DNA from: Eremomyces bilateralis CBS 781.70
Taxonomy: Eukaryota
Assembly: GCA_010015585.1 (NCBI GenBank)
Contig: ML975190.1
Length of the DNA: 38,672 nucleotides
Direction: 5' to 3' (one strand)
Shown here: positions 25,541 through 36,540 of the stretch, in pieces
How positions within the stretch are numbered: position 1 is the first letter of the stretch
How the letters are laid out: every line of letters begins with the position of its first letter
Notes under the pieces: generated by a model
Told to the model about the DNA's origin: nothing
Seen by the model: only the letters and a program-made list of their open reading frames with translations
Databases searched by the model: none
Made by a program: the position numbers and the translations under genes

Positions 25541-25732
25541 GTAAGCTTCTTCCAGCACATGTTCCTTTTCAACGCGTTCTATGATGAGACCTTCATTACT
25601 TTTTTCTGGTACCTCTTATGCTAGCGGACTTTACAGTCCACGATGATCTAAAAGGACTTCTGATCTACCGTTTTCACTCTCGTTCCTACTCGACATGGAG
25701 TTCTTGGGCAATGACTAACGGACATATCACAG
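25541..25732 (+). other. Intron of a putative non-coding snoRNA host transcript
   Basis: Donor AG|GTAAGC at 25541, branch GACTAAC 25713-25719, acceptor CAG 25730-25732; encloses the snoRNA; no convincing ORF in the flanking exons. Confidence 0.7.
25576..25668 (+). ncRNA. snR48: Box C/D snoRNA, snR48/SNORD60(U60)-like, guiding LSU rRNA 2'-O-methylation
   Basis: Box C ATGATGA 25581-25587; guide TTTTCTGGTACCTCT 25602-25616 complementary to conserved LSU rRNA AGAGGUGCCAGAAAA with one G-U; D' ATGC 25618-25621; hairpin GGACT-ttac-AGTCC; C'-like ACGATGA 25640-25646; box D CTGA 25660-25663. Ends are approximate. Confidence 0.8.
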
Positions 25733-26553
25733 ATCACTTAGAACAACCCGAGACATGACATCGTATCGAGTATTAGACTTGTTCCATGTGTCATACACGG
25801 TAGGCGGCGACAGATCATGACCTAGGTGTTCCTTTAATACCCGAGTCTACAAATTGGCTGGTCCGACAAGTTTGCAATTTCATCATCTGTTGGCAGCAAG
25901 ACGAACGGAATAGCATTTCCTGCCAAATTCACCCAACAATGAGCCACCTACAATTTCTGCTGTCCAATTCTTGCGTGTTTCTCTTTAGTAATAAACAACG
26001 TACCTTCGACAGTTAATCAAATGAAATATAAACGTCCAAATTATCACCGTCCACCTGAGATATTTCTAATTCCCCCCGAGTCAAAGGGCTTCGACGGCTG
26101 TCCTTGAAGCCAGTCCGGCGCCCTGGTTGACCTGTATGAGTTCCGAGCTGTTCCAGTCTTCCACTCTTCACATGTATTATCGGCAATTTGTTCTATGGGC
26201 CTGGTGCCTCAATATTACGGGCGGGGCGACTGAACGAAAAGCATGGAAAGCAATGACTTGAGAGCGATGGGCTTCTACAATTTCAATATGATCTGACGCG
26301 TTTAAGACTAGTTAGCCGATTTGGTAGACTTTTAAGCTCATTTCTGCAACAGCAAGAATCAGTTATGTACCTGAGACAAGGAGTGACTATATTCCATTTT
26401 GGCTCTAAGACTAAGAATAATAACCGCCCATAAACATCAAGGAAAAGTGTATGCTTGGTTGTGTTACATTGATCCAACCCCAGGCAGCCTCCCGTTCCAA
26501 ATCTATTCAGATATATGATTAAAAGGCCACGATAGGATCGTCCACCGACAACC

Positions 26554-28221
26554 CTACTTGGAATCCTTCTCCTTTGATTCACCAGCCTTGTCATCTAACA
26601 GCGTCCCATTTTCCTTCTGCTGCACCTCCGCTTGCTCAACCGCCGCCTCCCTGTCATCCTTCTCATCGATGTTATCCACGTCGCGCACGCTAGCTTTCGC
26701 ACTCAGCCCCTCATCCGCCTCGCGCTGCTCATTCTCCTCCTCAATCAACTCCTGCTGCTCCTTCAGCACCTCGAGCCTCTGCCTATTCGTCGCGGCGCCC
26801 TCGGCGGTATGCACCTCCAGCTCGATCTCATGGAACAGCTCCTCGGGGATGGAGCTGAGCACCGCTTGCAGGGCATCGATCTGGTTGGTGATCTCGGACT
26901 CCTTGCCGGTGGCGTAGACGAACGCATTCGCGAGGACAAGGAGCGTCGAGGGGACGCCGTATTTCAGGCGCAGGTCGAGCCACATCTGCAGGTCTTCGCG
27001 GAGGCGGGCGGGGGACACGCCCATGGTGCGGAGGCCGCGGCTGCCGCAGGCGAGCTGCAGTTCGGTGACGGAGAGAGTGTCGACGCCTTCGTAGGCAATG
27101 GCTTTGTCGTCGCGCTTGATTTGTCGCATGTGGTGTCGGACCTGATAACGAAGGAACGTGTCGGGTCCGATGGGATTCAGGTTCATATAGCGGCAGATAG
27201 CTACCAGTTGTGGTCGTGACAGGTTGTCAAGAGTGAGATCGTCCTTGAAGACCTTGCACACTTTAATGACGTCCGACGGCGTCGGCGCCACGCCGGTAGT
27301 GCGCACTTTGCGGAAGAACTCCGTGAACTCCTCCTTCTGCGCATTGGCAGGTGTCACGGGGAGGCCGCTCTCTTTCAAGGTGTCCCGCAAGAAACTTGAG
27401 ACTTCCTTGCGCGTCGCTCGGAGACGGGTGGCTTTAGCATCCTTTGCTTTTTGTCCCTCGTAGGTGCTAGGAAGAAGGTTGGGGAAGAGCTTCAGGGCCA
27501 CGGGGAGAAGTAGCTCGGCGAATGGAACAATGAGGAATACAGAGAAAGGAACCAAACGACCAAGATCTTGGACAGTTCTTTGGAGCTATGAAATGTTAGT
27601 ATCAGCCGCATCATAAAGACATTGCTTATTTACCTGTCGGCTTTCTCTCCGAGTTAGCTCATAGCCTGCTGCCATTTTAAGCGCAAGCTTTGAGCTAATC
27701 CTGACCTCGAATCCAAGGAGTTTTGTTCCATCCCAATAATGTGCCGCCTCTTTCTTAACCTTTTGCCATATGGTTATCTTCTTTTCGTCCTTCTTCTTCT
27801 CAGCCACGGCCTTCGCTCCGCTCTTCTCGCCTTCTGCAGCAAGTTCAGGCATAGACTGAAGCTCACCGGATTTTTCTTTCTGTGTAGCGGTCGATCCTGT
27901 CGAAGCGACATTGCCCTTCTCCATTACCTTCTTGGTAATAGAGCCGGGCTCGCTTAATGATGACACGCCATTCTGTGCCCCTTTCTCGCTACTCTGATCG
28001 TCCTTTGACAACGGCTTCTTCGCTTGATCGGAGTTAAAGCCAGGCGGAGGAAAGTTGCCCTGGGGCTTCGTCGAGGAATGAGTATCGGTAGAGTTGGCGC
28101 GATACGGCAGTAGGATTGCGATCGCAGGAACAGCGCCAGGGAGCGCACGACGCGATCTTGATATTCTGCTGCCTCTCACGAGCAGGGGAGCGATGCGGGA
28201 TGTTGCGCGATTCGTATACAT
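26554..28221 (-). CDS. MDM38: LETM1/Mdm38 mitochondrial inner-membrane protein, ~539 aa
   Basis: Exons 28221-27634 and 27585-26554 (48-nt intron); presequence, HYWDGTKLL, RLVPFSVFLIVPFAELLLPVALKLFPNLLPSTY, LDNLSRPQL. Confidence 0.95.
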
Positions 28222-29400
28222 CGCGAGCCAGCTGTTGCGCCGGCTACTGTAATTGTTTTGACAGCGCAGATACTCTTGACAGTTAGATGGGGAGATGGGA
28301 GATTGATGAAATGGAGTTGGAAACTACACATGTATCGCGGCTTCGGACAGGTCATTGTTGGAGGATGTGAAGATTACGTCGGAGTATTTTACATCCCGAA
28401 ACAGGTTAGCGTTAATATCTAGCGCGCAGCACAAGGTTCCAGAATCCAGAATCCTGACTGCCCGTTCCGTTCGACGCATCGATCCATTCGCGTCTGATCG
28501 CCGATTATTACCGTCTCGAACCTCCGGGTCCGCTCCAAATTCCTATTCAACAGTTCAATGACAGTCCTCAGGTTGCTGGGTATGTTGGTCCAAACGCAAG
28601 AGATTTATATTATTCTTCCGAAGGGTCAGTAATGGGTCGAATTATTCCAACTGCTCGTCACAACATATTAGACCCAACGAAACAAGCGAGACATCATGCG
28701 CCATCTGGTGTGGAGGAAGTCGATGACGCTTCACCTTTGACATCAACCTCTAGCAGGCATGGTATACGGAAATGTTATAATGTGGCCTAGTATGCGGCTA
28801 TACCTATTGTTTGGACCATCGGCAGTTCTCGTACAAGTCGAGACACAAGGTGACACAGACTGTATTGAATTCTGTCGGCGAAACTATACAGATTCCCTTC
28901 TCTGGAGAAGGTCTCTGTTCTTCTTGCTCTACGAAAGAGAAATTTATGTAACAGAGGTCAGACGAGTGGCTTGCCTTTTACCGCGTCAAGTCCAGAAACC
29001 GTCACAGGGAGAGGTAATCTCATTTCAAAAATATACAGCTATATATGTTAAACCGCCATAAGGCGTAACGTAAGGGCACTTTGTACTCCGAAGTACGGCC
29101 AGCATACTGTACGATTCTTAATGCTCCCCATCTCAGAGACGAGCCCAGCTTGAATAAAGGAAATGGTGGTGTCAAATCCAACCAGTTGACATGCATACTG
29201 TTGGGGTATCATCACGGTCGCCAAATGCTGCTTTGTTTGGCAAACGAACAAATCACCTCACGAAGAATCGGCTAACTTACAATAGTTATACAAAAGAATT
29301 GTCCATCTAAATTGGCGAGGATAAGAGGAAGGATCGGGTGGAGATTCAGTAGGGGTAACAAGTCCTCAAGGTCAAAGATGTCTCGGGTATCGGTTGACCC

Positions 29401-30320
29401 TCACCCGGTGACATCAGCAAGGAACTTGCTACCTTGATCTATAAATCGGAACGTGAGCCCAGCAATGGTCTGGTCCGCGTTCACAATCCGAATCACATAG
29501 CGAACCACTTCATAATTTCCGGTCTCATAGACCCGGAGTTCCTGCTCCTGCCCTGAAGATTCCACCAAATATGCATGGCCATGCACGGTGGAGCTGACGT
29601 CGCGTCCACGAGGGCATGGTATTTCTCCGCCTAGATTCAGATGGAACTACCTGTGACCGAAGATGGCTCATGGCTGGCTTCGACTTCAGCTGCAAGAGAC
29701 GGGCAAGCCGATCGGGCTCGGTCAGTGAGCCGTAGAAGAAGAAGTACATAGGAAACTCCTTTTGCGTAGGACGCGGTGCATTCTTGCAGTCGGTCAGCCG
29801 GTCCTGGGGCAGTGTGATCTTCAACCCCAGAGTTGGGTGAATCGAGTGCGCGCAGAAATTTTCGCGATCGAGATCGAGACAATGGTGGCCCTAAATGAGG
29901 ATGTCGCGAAGAAGCTCAAGATCCGGGATTTCGCAGCGCCATCGACCATGGCGAAGCACGCAGGCGCACCGTCTTCTTCGCTCTCATTTGTGCCGTTTCT
30001 GGCATGCACTTCAGTGCCAACGATCTCCTTCAGGGCTTGGGGCGACTGTAGTGGAGCAGCAACCTGCAGGGAGTACTCGTAGCTCTCCTTATTGTGCCCT
30101 GGGTGCATGCTGCAAATAATTTCCCAATGCCCTTTCGGGATCCTGAGACAATCCGGACTATCCCTGTGATCTTTGATGCGCTCCAGATATTCACCCTGTG
30201 TGAGTCCAAAGAGCCGTACCCATCGTTGCTGCTCTTCGATACTGATATCCTGGTCAGCGGAGAATTCGCCGGTGGCCGCAGGCCCGCAGCCAAAAGCTCG
30301 AGCTCTGAAAGGGGGTCCAT
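29401..30320 (-). pseudogene. Gamma-glutamylcyclotransferase (GGCT/AIG2-like) domain protein, disrupted
   Basis: Pieces in shifting frames: MDPLSELELLA / EEQQRWVRLFG..HWEII / HPTLG..TLPQ..YFFFYGSL / SVTGSSI*I*AEKYHALVD / VHGHAYLVE..LRVYETGNYEVVR; about 4 frameshifts (~30284, 29860, 29669, 29601) and stops at 29637-29639 and 29631-29633. Confidence 0.7.
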
Positions 30321-30667
30321 AGCGCGTAGAATATGTCACATATGCACATTGTACAAAGGGTCCGTTTATGTTTCTAGACACAGTTGCGAAATGCGCCTCT
30401 TAAAATCCTGGTGGAACAGGATCCCTTGTGCTCCGACTCATGCTCTTTTGCAGGCAACAGGACTGATGCACTCCAGTACCATAGAAATCACGGCATTACA
30501 GCCAATAGCAGCCCAGATATAAAGTTAGAATTTCCAAATCGACTCGAGGAGGGGAGTGAAACCACTGAAACTGGAAACAAAAAGAATATAATTTGGAGAT
30601 CGAGGAGCTGGTAACTTCCCACCTCCGGTTTAGCCCCCCTCCTTTCGGGTTTAGCGCCGCCAAGCTC

Positions 30668-31694
30668 TCACCTGGAGTTTCGCCCTGCCTTCTGTCGACT
30701 TTGAGATAGGCCATGTACTGCAACTTGAGCTGCCAGGCGATTGAATAACTCAAACCCCATCCTTTCAGCAGGCTTCGAGCCACTTAGTATATCGCCAACT
30801 ATGTCGGAGCCAGGAGGGAAATCATGCTCAAAGTAAGGCTCACCAGCGCCTCTCATATTTGCTAGAACAGCCTGCCTGAAATGCCATCGCAGCAGTTGAT
30901 CAATAGGCCGTTGAGGATCATCAAGTAGCTGTCGGTCGAGATGCTTGCCGGCACGCCGGCAAGACCTTTTCTAGTAAGATCAAAGAACACAATCTTATAA
31001 TCGTCCTGGAATAATGTTAGTTAGCCAAAATACAGCAACAAGAGTATAACATACATACGTCTGGATTAATAGAAAGGATGTAATTGTCAAAGAGTTGGTG
31101 TACAGCAGAATCAAGCAATAGCCCGTTTTGTACTGAGTTGATTGCTCCGCCGTTGTCTGGTTGAATAGTAATCCAGTGCTCGTAGCCATGATCCTTCCAA
31201 TGATCTTCGTAGGCTACTGGAAATATGTGTGCGGCCTCAAAGCCGTCCCAGCGGTCGAATTGCGCCGCGACTGCCACCTCCCAGATATAACGCACCGACG
31301 GTCTCGTGAGCGACAGCATCACGGAAACACTGGGTACCAGTTCCAGTAGAAATAGATTTCGTACGGACTAGCCACGACTCCTTGTTAACCGAGAAAGAAC
31401 CTATATTCGGAGCAAAGATTAGCCTGGGTATGATAAGATTGGCTATAGACACTTACCAGAGGCATGAATGTAGTAATTCCCCGGCCGAAGCGGATCGTCA
31501 GTCTTTTGGACCTTGATGCCCTCTTCGTTTTGTAGTTCGAAAGCAGTTGTGAACACGACGAGCATCTCCACCATCGAGTAGAAGTTGGCATTCGTGACGC
31601 CATTTGTAAGGATTAGACCACCGACAACTATAGTACGGTCATCGGCATCATAGATATGGACGTCGCGACCTAGTGACCGATTGCGTAGAGGCAT
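30668..31694 (-). pseudogene. Fungal HNH endonuclease (HNH_2-type) with N-terminal domain, disrupted
   Basis: Exons 31694-31457, 31400-31059, 31005-30668; reconstructed RDRRCVISG..EAAHIFP..NSVQNGLLL...HQLFD..LRWHFRQAVLANMRGAGEP; frameshifts near 31311 and 31281 plus an 8-nt insertion near 30954. Confidence 0.8.
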
Positions 31695-32904
31695 TGTAGA
31701 ACTTTGCGGTGGATTCAGAGGATCGGGGATATGGAGGGCGTCACGGACGTTTTCGGGGACGACGACGACATGGGTGCTTAAGATGTAGACGTCGCATGAG
31801 GATAGCAGGTGGCAGGTGCACGCTTCAAGCTGTAATTGGCAAGAGAGTCTTTCATGAAAGGTGAGAAGTGTAAGAGCTCGAAATGACAGTTCAAGCTGAA
31901 GCTTGAGGCTTCAAACGAGAGGTTCCCAGTCACGTCGGTGCCAGCTGAGGGAGAATAACCTGCAAAATTCCAGGACAGTTTCCCTACAGATTTATTTTGT
32001 GCCGGAGAGAGAGGGCTTCCGCACAAAATAAGCGTCTCAGGCCAATACTAGTACCTATCTAAACACCCAGTTCGCTGGCTGAATGAGAGACATGCCACAG
32101 TGTCTTCATCTGAGATACCTGGAACGCCATTGGATGAATTTACAGTAATACCATATCTCGTCCCATATCAAATAGTTGTGCTAACATCAAAGCAACTGTG
32201 TCATACATGACAGAGCGATACGCTGATGGTGTTGAAACATGAGAGATCTGATGGCGGCCTCGGAGGTTGGAGCAAAATGCAAATTGATATATGATTAGTC
32301 AGCGCCCCTCAGGCCTCGACTTCCGTGACCCGTCTCCCAGAATTCCTGTTCATCATTTTCACTGGGACTTAGAGATCAATCAATTTACTCTATGGAACCC
32401 AACACATTGTGATAGTTTGGATATTAATCTAACATCCCATCCTGATAAACACGATATTCAGCTACCGTTTTGTCCGGCCCGACTTTAATCTATTCATTTT
32501 ATTGAACCGGGACATGTTCGGTCATAGAGTCATCCACTAATTACGGAGTAAAGGAGTCCAATTCTTCCACGTTTCTCATTCTTCACGTCTAACAGTCTCA
32601 CTCCTCCGTGCCTAAACTTATGCGTGCCTGCGGATGGCAGGGCGTACATCCTGTTAATATAGAATGCCCAATCTGTGCAAAAGGGAGCACTTTATCCGTG
32701 TTTCCCCTCGATCAACTAGCAATACTTGTATGAGGAGTGAGGATATGCCCCAGTACCGCGGGTCTTCGAGATGTCTGGTTATTCAGTTGGAGCAAATATA
32801 TAATGTGTTTGCACAACTGTTTCTTCTTCACCGAGCGTTCGTACCCTCATTGACTATTCAAATACCTCAACTACAGTACCTCACTTTCAATTTCCCTATT
32901 CATA

Positions 32905-33729
32905 ATGGCTACAGGTACTATCCGCCTGGTACTTGTTTTACTCGACCTTGTTTGTCTCTCCGCATCCCTTAAGGTCAATCAAGTCCAGTTGGACCTCATA
33001 TTTCCCCGCAACAACACCGAGTACATTCGAGTCTATCCCTTCCCATTCGTTTTCAATATCCAAAACTCTGCTGTTCTCTAGCCTTACCAATTCCAGTTTC
33101 ATTGGAATCTGCTTGGCTATTCCGAGACTGGGTCCGAGATTCTTGCCGATGGCGGGTTCACACGTCCAGAAAACTCGTCATCTGCTGTTCCTCCTGACCA
33201 GTGGCTGTTTATCGAAAGCACCGAAAGCATCGTAAATAGTACCAGATCACGTTTTGCTCTCGCTTATGACTTTATCGTGAGAGAGCAATGTTCTAGTACA
33301 CCCAGATTGAAGGCACAAGCATCCAATATTTCCCACCACGGGATCGTTAGGTTTAACGTGAGTAAGGATGGTAAAGAGGTGGACATCGCAAGTACAGGGC
33401 CCTGTTCAAACGCTCTCGCTGCGTTTGGCGTTGAAGGTTATTCGACATCAGACTTGGGCCAACGGTGTCCAGTCCTGTCTGATCCGCACCCGGTGCCTGA
33501 AAACTGTACCTTTCGGATCGACGCAAATATCACAAGCTCGGTGACTTCAGCAATGCTCCAGTCGGCAACCTGCACCGGCAGGAGATGGCCTGATCCCACT
33601 GGGCTTACCGGTCCATGTTCACCAGCCAACAGGAAATCGGCAACCTCATTCCAGCCCCGGTTGGGAGTGCCAATGGTGGCTTCTTCTCTTGTCTTCGTTG
33701 CTGTCATGGCTATTGTGGCTAATATGTAG
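32905..33729 (+). pseudogene. Secreted, probably GPI-anchored Cys-containing protein (DUF7136-like), 274 codons with one internal TAG
   Basis: One frame from ATG 32905; signal-like MATGTIRLVLVLLDLVCLSAS, VQLDLIFPRNNTEY..YPFPFVFNIQNS, stop at 33079-33081, Cys-rich C half and hydrophobic tail; TATATAA at 32797. Family label is from motif memory. Confidence 0.7.
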
Positions 33730-34516
33730 CCTGACAATGCATGGATGCTTTTTTATCTGATTGACCTTTGCGGTCTTGCACTATGGTCAGTACATCATCG
33801 TATTTAGAAGACCCTTTACTTACTCTCTTAGGTTCCGGTGAAAGCGAAATTAAAATTCTCAATGTCAAATGAAACTGGCCAGAATTGGTTCCGGTGAGGT
33901 GCCTGCTCATGGTTAATCTATCTTCCGGTCACGGCGTTTTCAATCCTACCTCGACATTCGATCCATGTAATTGGCCAGCCGCTATGCTCTACCGACCGGT
34001 TTATTAACAGGAAATATGCACAGAGATAAATATCTCCGGATGTCTTCTGTGAATTATCAACGCGTCTTCCTTCCACTCAAAACGAAATGAGATCCGCTCC
34101 TGTGGTGGCTGATTTTAATCTCTGCATCTTGTCCAAGAGCTCCTACTGCTATGAATTGTTCCTTTCCGCGGATTTTCTCGACATGGACATGCATGACTTC
34201 GCATTCTGCTGCCTTCGGGTGATCGCGATGTCTGGTTATGGCAATTTCGCTCGCTGTGCTGTGCCTCTTTTTTGGAGTCATTTCCCCCTGTTTTCCATTC
34301 AATCTTTGCTATCGTCGGCTTCCCAACGAAGTGAATTCATTGACAGATGCGCTTTAGTATTAAGTATTTAACCCCCCCCCCCCGTTTCTTGGATATTCGG
34401 TGTGTCGCTCAGTCTGCTTGACATGCGCTTTCCTTGATAACTCAAGTCAGTTCCTATACATTATTCTCCGAGCCTACATATACGTTCCTTATTTTCTAGC
34501 CGGACAAATCTAAGCA

Positions 34517-36274
34517 ATGCGACTCTCACGAAGTTATGAGATTTGCCTTTGGGCTTCCCTGCTCATTCTAGAAGTCGTCCAGTCCATCGATCCAGAGATT
34601 GGGACTGTGGAGCTACTTCATGCACGCCAATCCCCATGTCGATACATTGAAGCCAAGTCCGGAGATGACTGTAACCGCTTGGCTACCCAATGTAGCATCA
34701 GCTGGAACGACTTTACACAGTTTAACTCTGTGCCGAACATCTGTTACCCGCTCCAGATTGGTCAGCTCGTATGCTGTTCAAGCGGGTCCCTTCCTGACTT
34801 CAGCCCGAAACCAAATGCTGATGGGTCTTGCGCTTCATATATCGTACAGGATGGCGAATCGTGCGCGAAGATTGCATCGTCCAACAGCATCACGGTGGAT
34901 GACATTGAGCGATTCAATCGCAACACATGGGGCTGGCGAGGCTGCAACCCTCTGTTCACCGGCATAGCTCTTTGCCTAAGCGACGGAACTCCACCGATGC
35001 CTCCCCCGATATCGACCGCGGTTTGTGGACCTCAAGTACCTGGAACACGGAATCCAGGCCCCGGGATAAATATAGCCGAACTTAATCCGTGCCCACTAAA
35101 GGCATGCTGCAACATTTATGGGAACTGCGGCATCAACGAAGACTTCTGCGATACGTCCAGTGCTAGGAACAAGTGCATATCGAACTGCGGGCAGCAGATC
35201 ACTAATAACCAGGTCCCACCAAAAGAGTTCATTCGTGTTGGCTATTTCCAAGCTTACAACAAGGAACGACCTTGTTTGCACATGGATGTCACGCAAGTTC
35301 CGAATACGTTTACCCACTTGCATTTCGCATTTGCAGATATAGTCGCCGGCTTCGAGGTGTCGGTTTCGAATATCCAAGAGCAATTCGATAAGTTTGTCAA
35401 GATCACGGACAAGAAGCGCATTCTATCAATCGGAGGGGCCAGTTCGTCTACAGATCCATCCCGCGCCCGAATTCTCCGCGACACTATTGATGCGACTAAT
35501 CGAGAGACGGTGGCGACGAACCTGGCAAATTTCGTCACCGAGCACAATCTTGATGGCCTCGACTTGGATTATGAATTTTTCGAAGTTCAGGGTCTTCCTT
35601 CCTTTAACGCGGCCGACGGACTAAATTTATCTCAGTTGCTCAAAGCACTCAGGGCCAAGTTACCGAACAAGATCCTCACCATTGCTGTACCCGCATCTTA
35701 CTACTACCTTCAACACCTCCCTATCCGCTCGATATCCAACGTCGTGGATTACATCGTCTACATGACGTATGATCTTCACGGACAGTGGGACTACGGCAGC
35801 CCATGGGCCTCCTCGGGCTGCCCCGCTGGAAACTGTCTCCGTTCCCACGTAAACATGACCGAAACCACCACTGCCTTGGCTATCATCACCAAGTCTGGTG
35901 TTAAAGCGAACAAAATCGTCGTCGGCGTCACCAGTTACGGACGCTCATTCCGCATGACTTCACCAAGCTGCGCGGGTCCAATGTGCACATTTACCGGGCC
36001 TGCATCCGGTGCGACCCCTGGCCGTTGCACGACCACTCCTGGAATTCTTGCGAACGCGGAGATCAAGGAGATTCTCGCGAATAACCCGGATGCGGACGCG
36101 ACATGGGATGGGTTTGAGTCGGATTCGAATGTTTTGATCTTTGCGACTCAGTGGGTTTCTTATATGGATGATACGAACAAAAACAATCGCATTGCCCGGT
36201 ACAAAATGAATAACTTTGGTGGGACTGTGGATTGGGCGGTTGATTTGGATTCCTTTATACCCGGGAATAGCTAG
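34517..36274 (+). CDS. Subgroup C (killer-toxin alpha-like) chitinase: signal peptide, 2x LysM, CBM18/hevein, GH18; 585 aa
   Basis: Intronless ORF; LysM repeats CRYIEAKSGDDC.. and CASYIVQDGESCAKIA..; chitin-binding CPLKACCNIYGNCG..FC..CISNCG; catalytic DGLDLDYE, YMTYDLHGQWD, NFGGTVDWAVDLD. Confidence 0.93.
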   Translation: MRLSRSYEICLWASLLILEVVQSIDPEIGTVELLHARQSPCRYIEAKSGDDCNRLATQCSISWNDFTQFNSVPNICYPLQIGQLVCCSSGSLPDFSPKPNADGSCASYIVQDGESCAKIASSNSITVDDIERFNRNTWGWRGCNPLFTGIALCLSDGTPPMPPPISTAVCGPQVPGTRNPGPGINIAELNPCPLKACCNIYGNCGINEDFCDTSSARNKCISNCGQQITNNQVPPKEFIRVGYFQAYNKERPCLHMDVTQVPNTFTHLHFAFADIVAGFEVSVSNIQEQFDKFVKITDKKRILSIGGASSSTDPSRARILRDTIDATNRETVATNLANFVTEHNLDGLDLDYEFFEVQGLPSFNAADGLNLSQLLKALRAKLPNKILTIAVPASYYYLQHLPIRSISNVVDYIVYMTYDLHGQWDYGSPWASSGCPAGNCLRSHVNMTETTTALAIITKSGVKANKIVVGVTSYGRSFRMTSPSCAGPMCTFTGPASGATPGRCTTTPGILANAEIKEILANNPDADATWDGFESDSNVLIFATQWVSYMDDTNKNNRIARYKMNNFGGTVDWAVDLDSFIPGNS

Positions 36275-36540
36275 TGTCGAGATTAATGTTGAGGAATTTC
36301 TTGCCTAGTTCGTTTCATGGATCAACTTTCATGCCTCTGACTGATTCTCTGCCTTAATATGATCCATTTCGACTTGGAAAACAATGTATCAAACCACTAC
36401 TACACTAAGTAGACAAATGTCTGCACACACCCCCGAAAATCACCAAATCTAATCGCTATACACCGTATCTTGAGATACGCTGCAAAACACATACAAATGC
36501 AAATTCAGTCTACTTTTTTGATTTCTTAATTAGGAAATAT

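Noticed and set aside
28510..28535. TCGAACC as a minus-strand tRNA T-loop
   Set aside because: No T-stem pairing or cloverleaf.
28971..28982. TGCCTTTTACC resembling U5 snRNA loop 1
   Set aside because: Flanks do not form the U5 stem and no Sm site follows.
34087..34371. 94-aa ORF between the secreted gene and the chitinase as a toxin subunit
   Set aside because: No signal peptide, motif or codon bias; likely promoter DNA.
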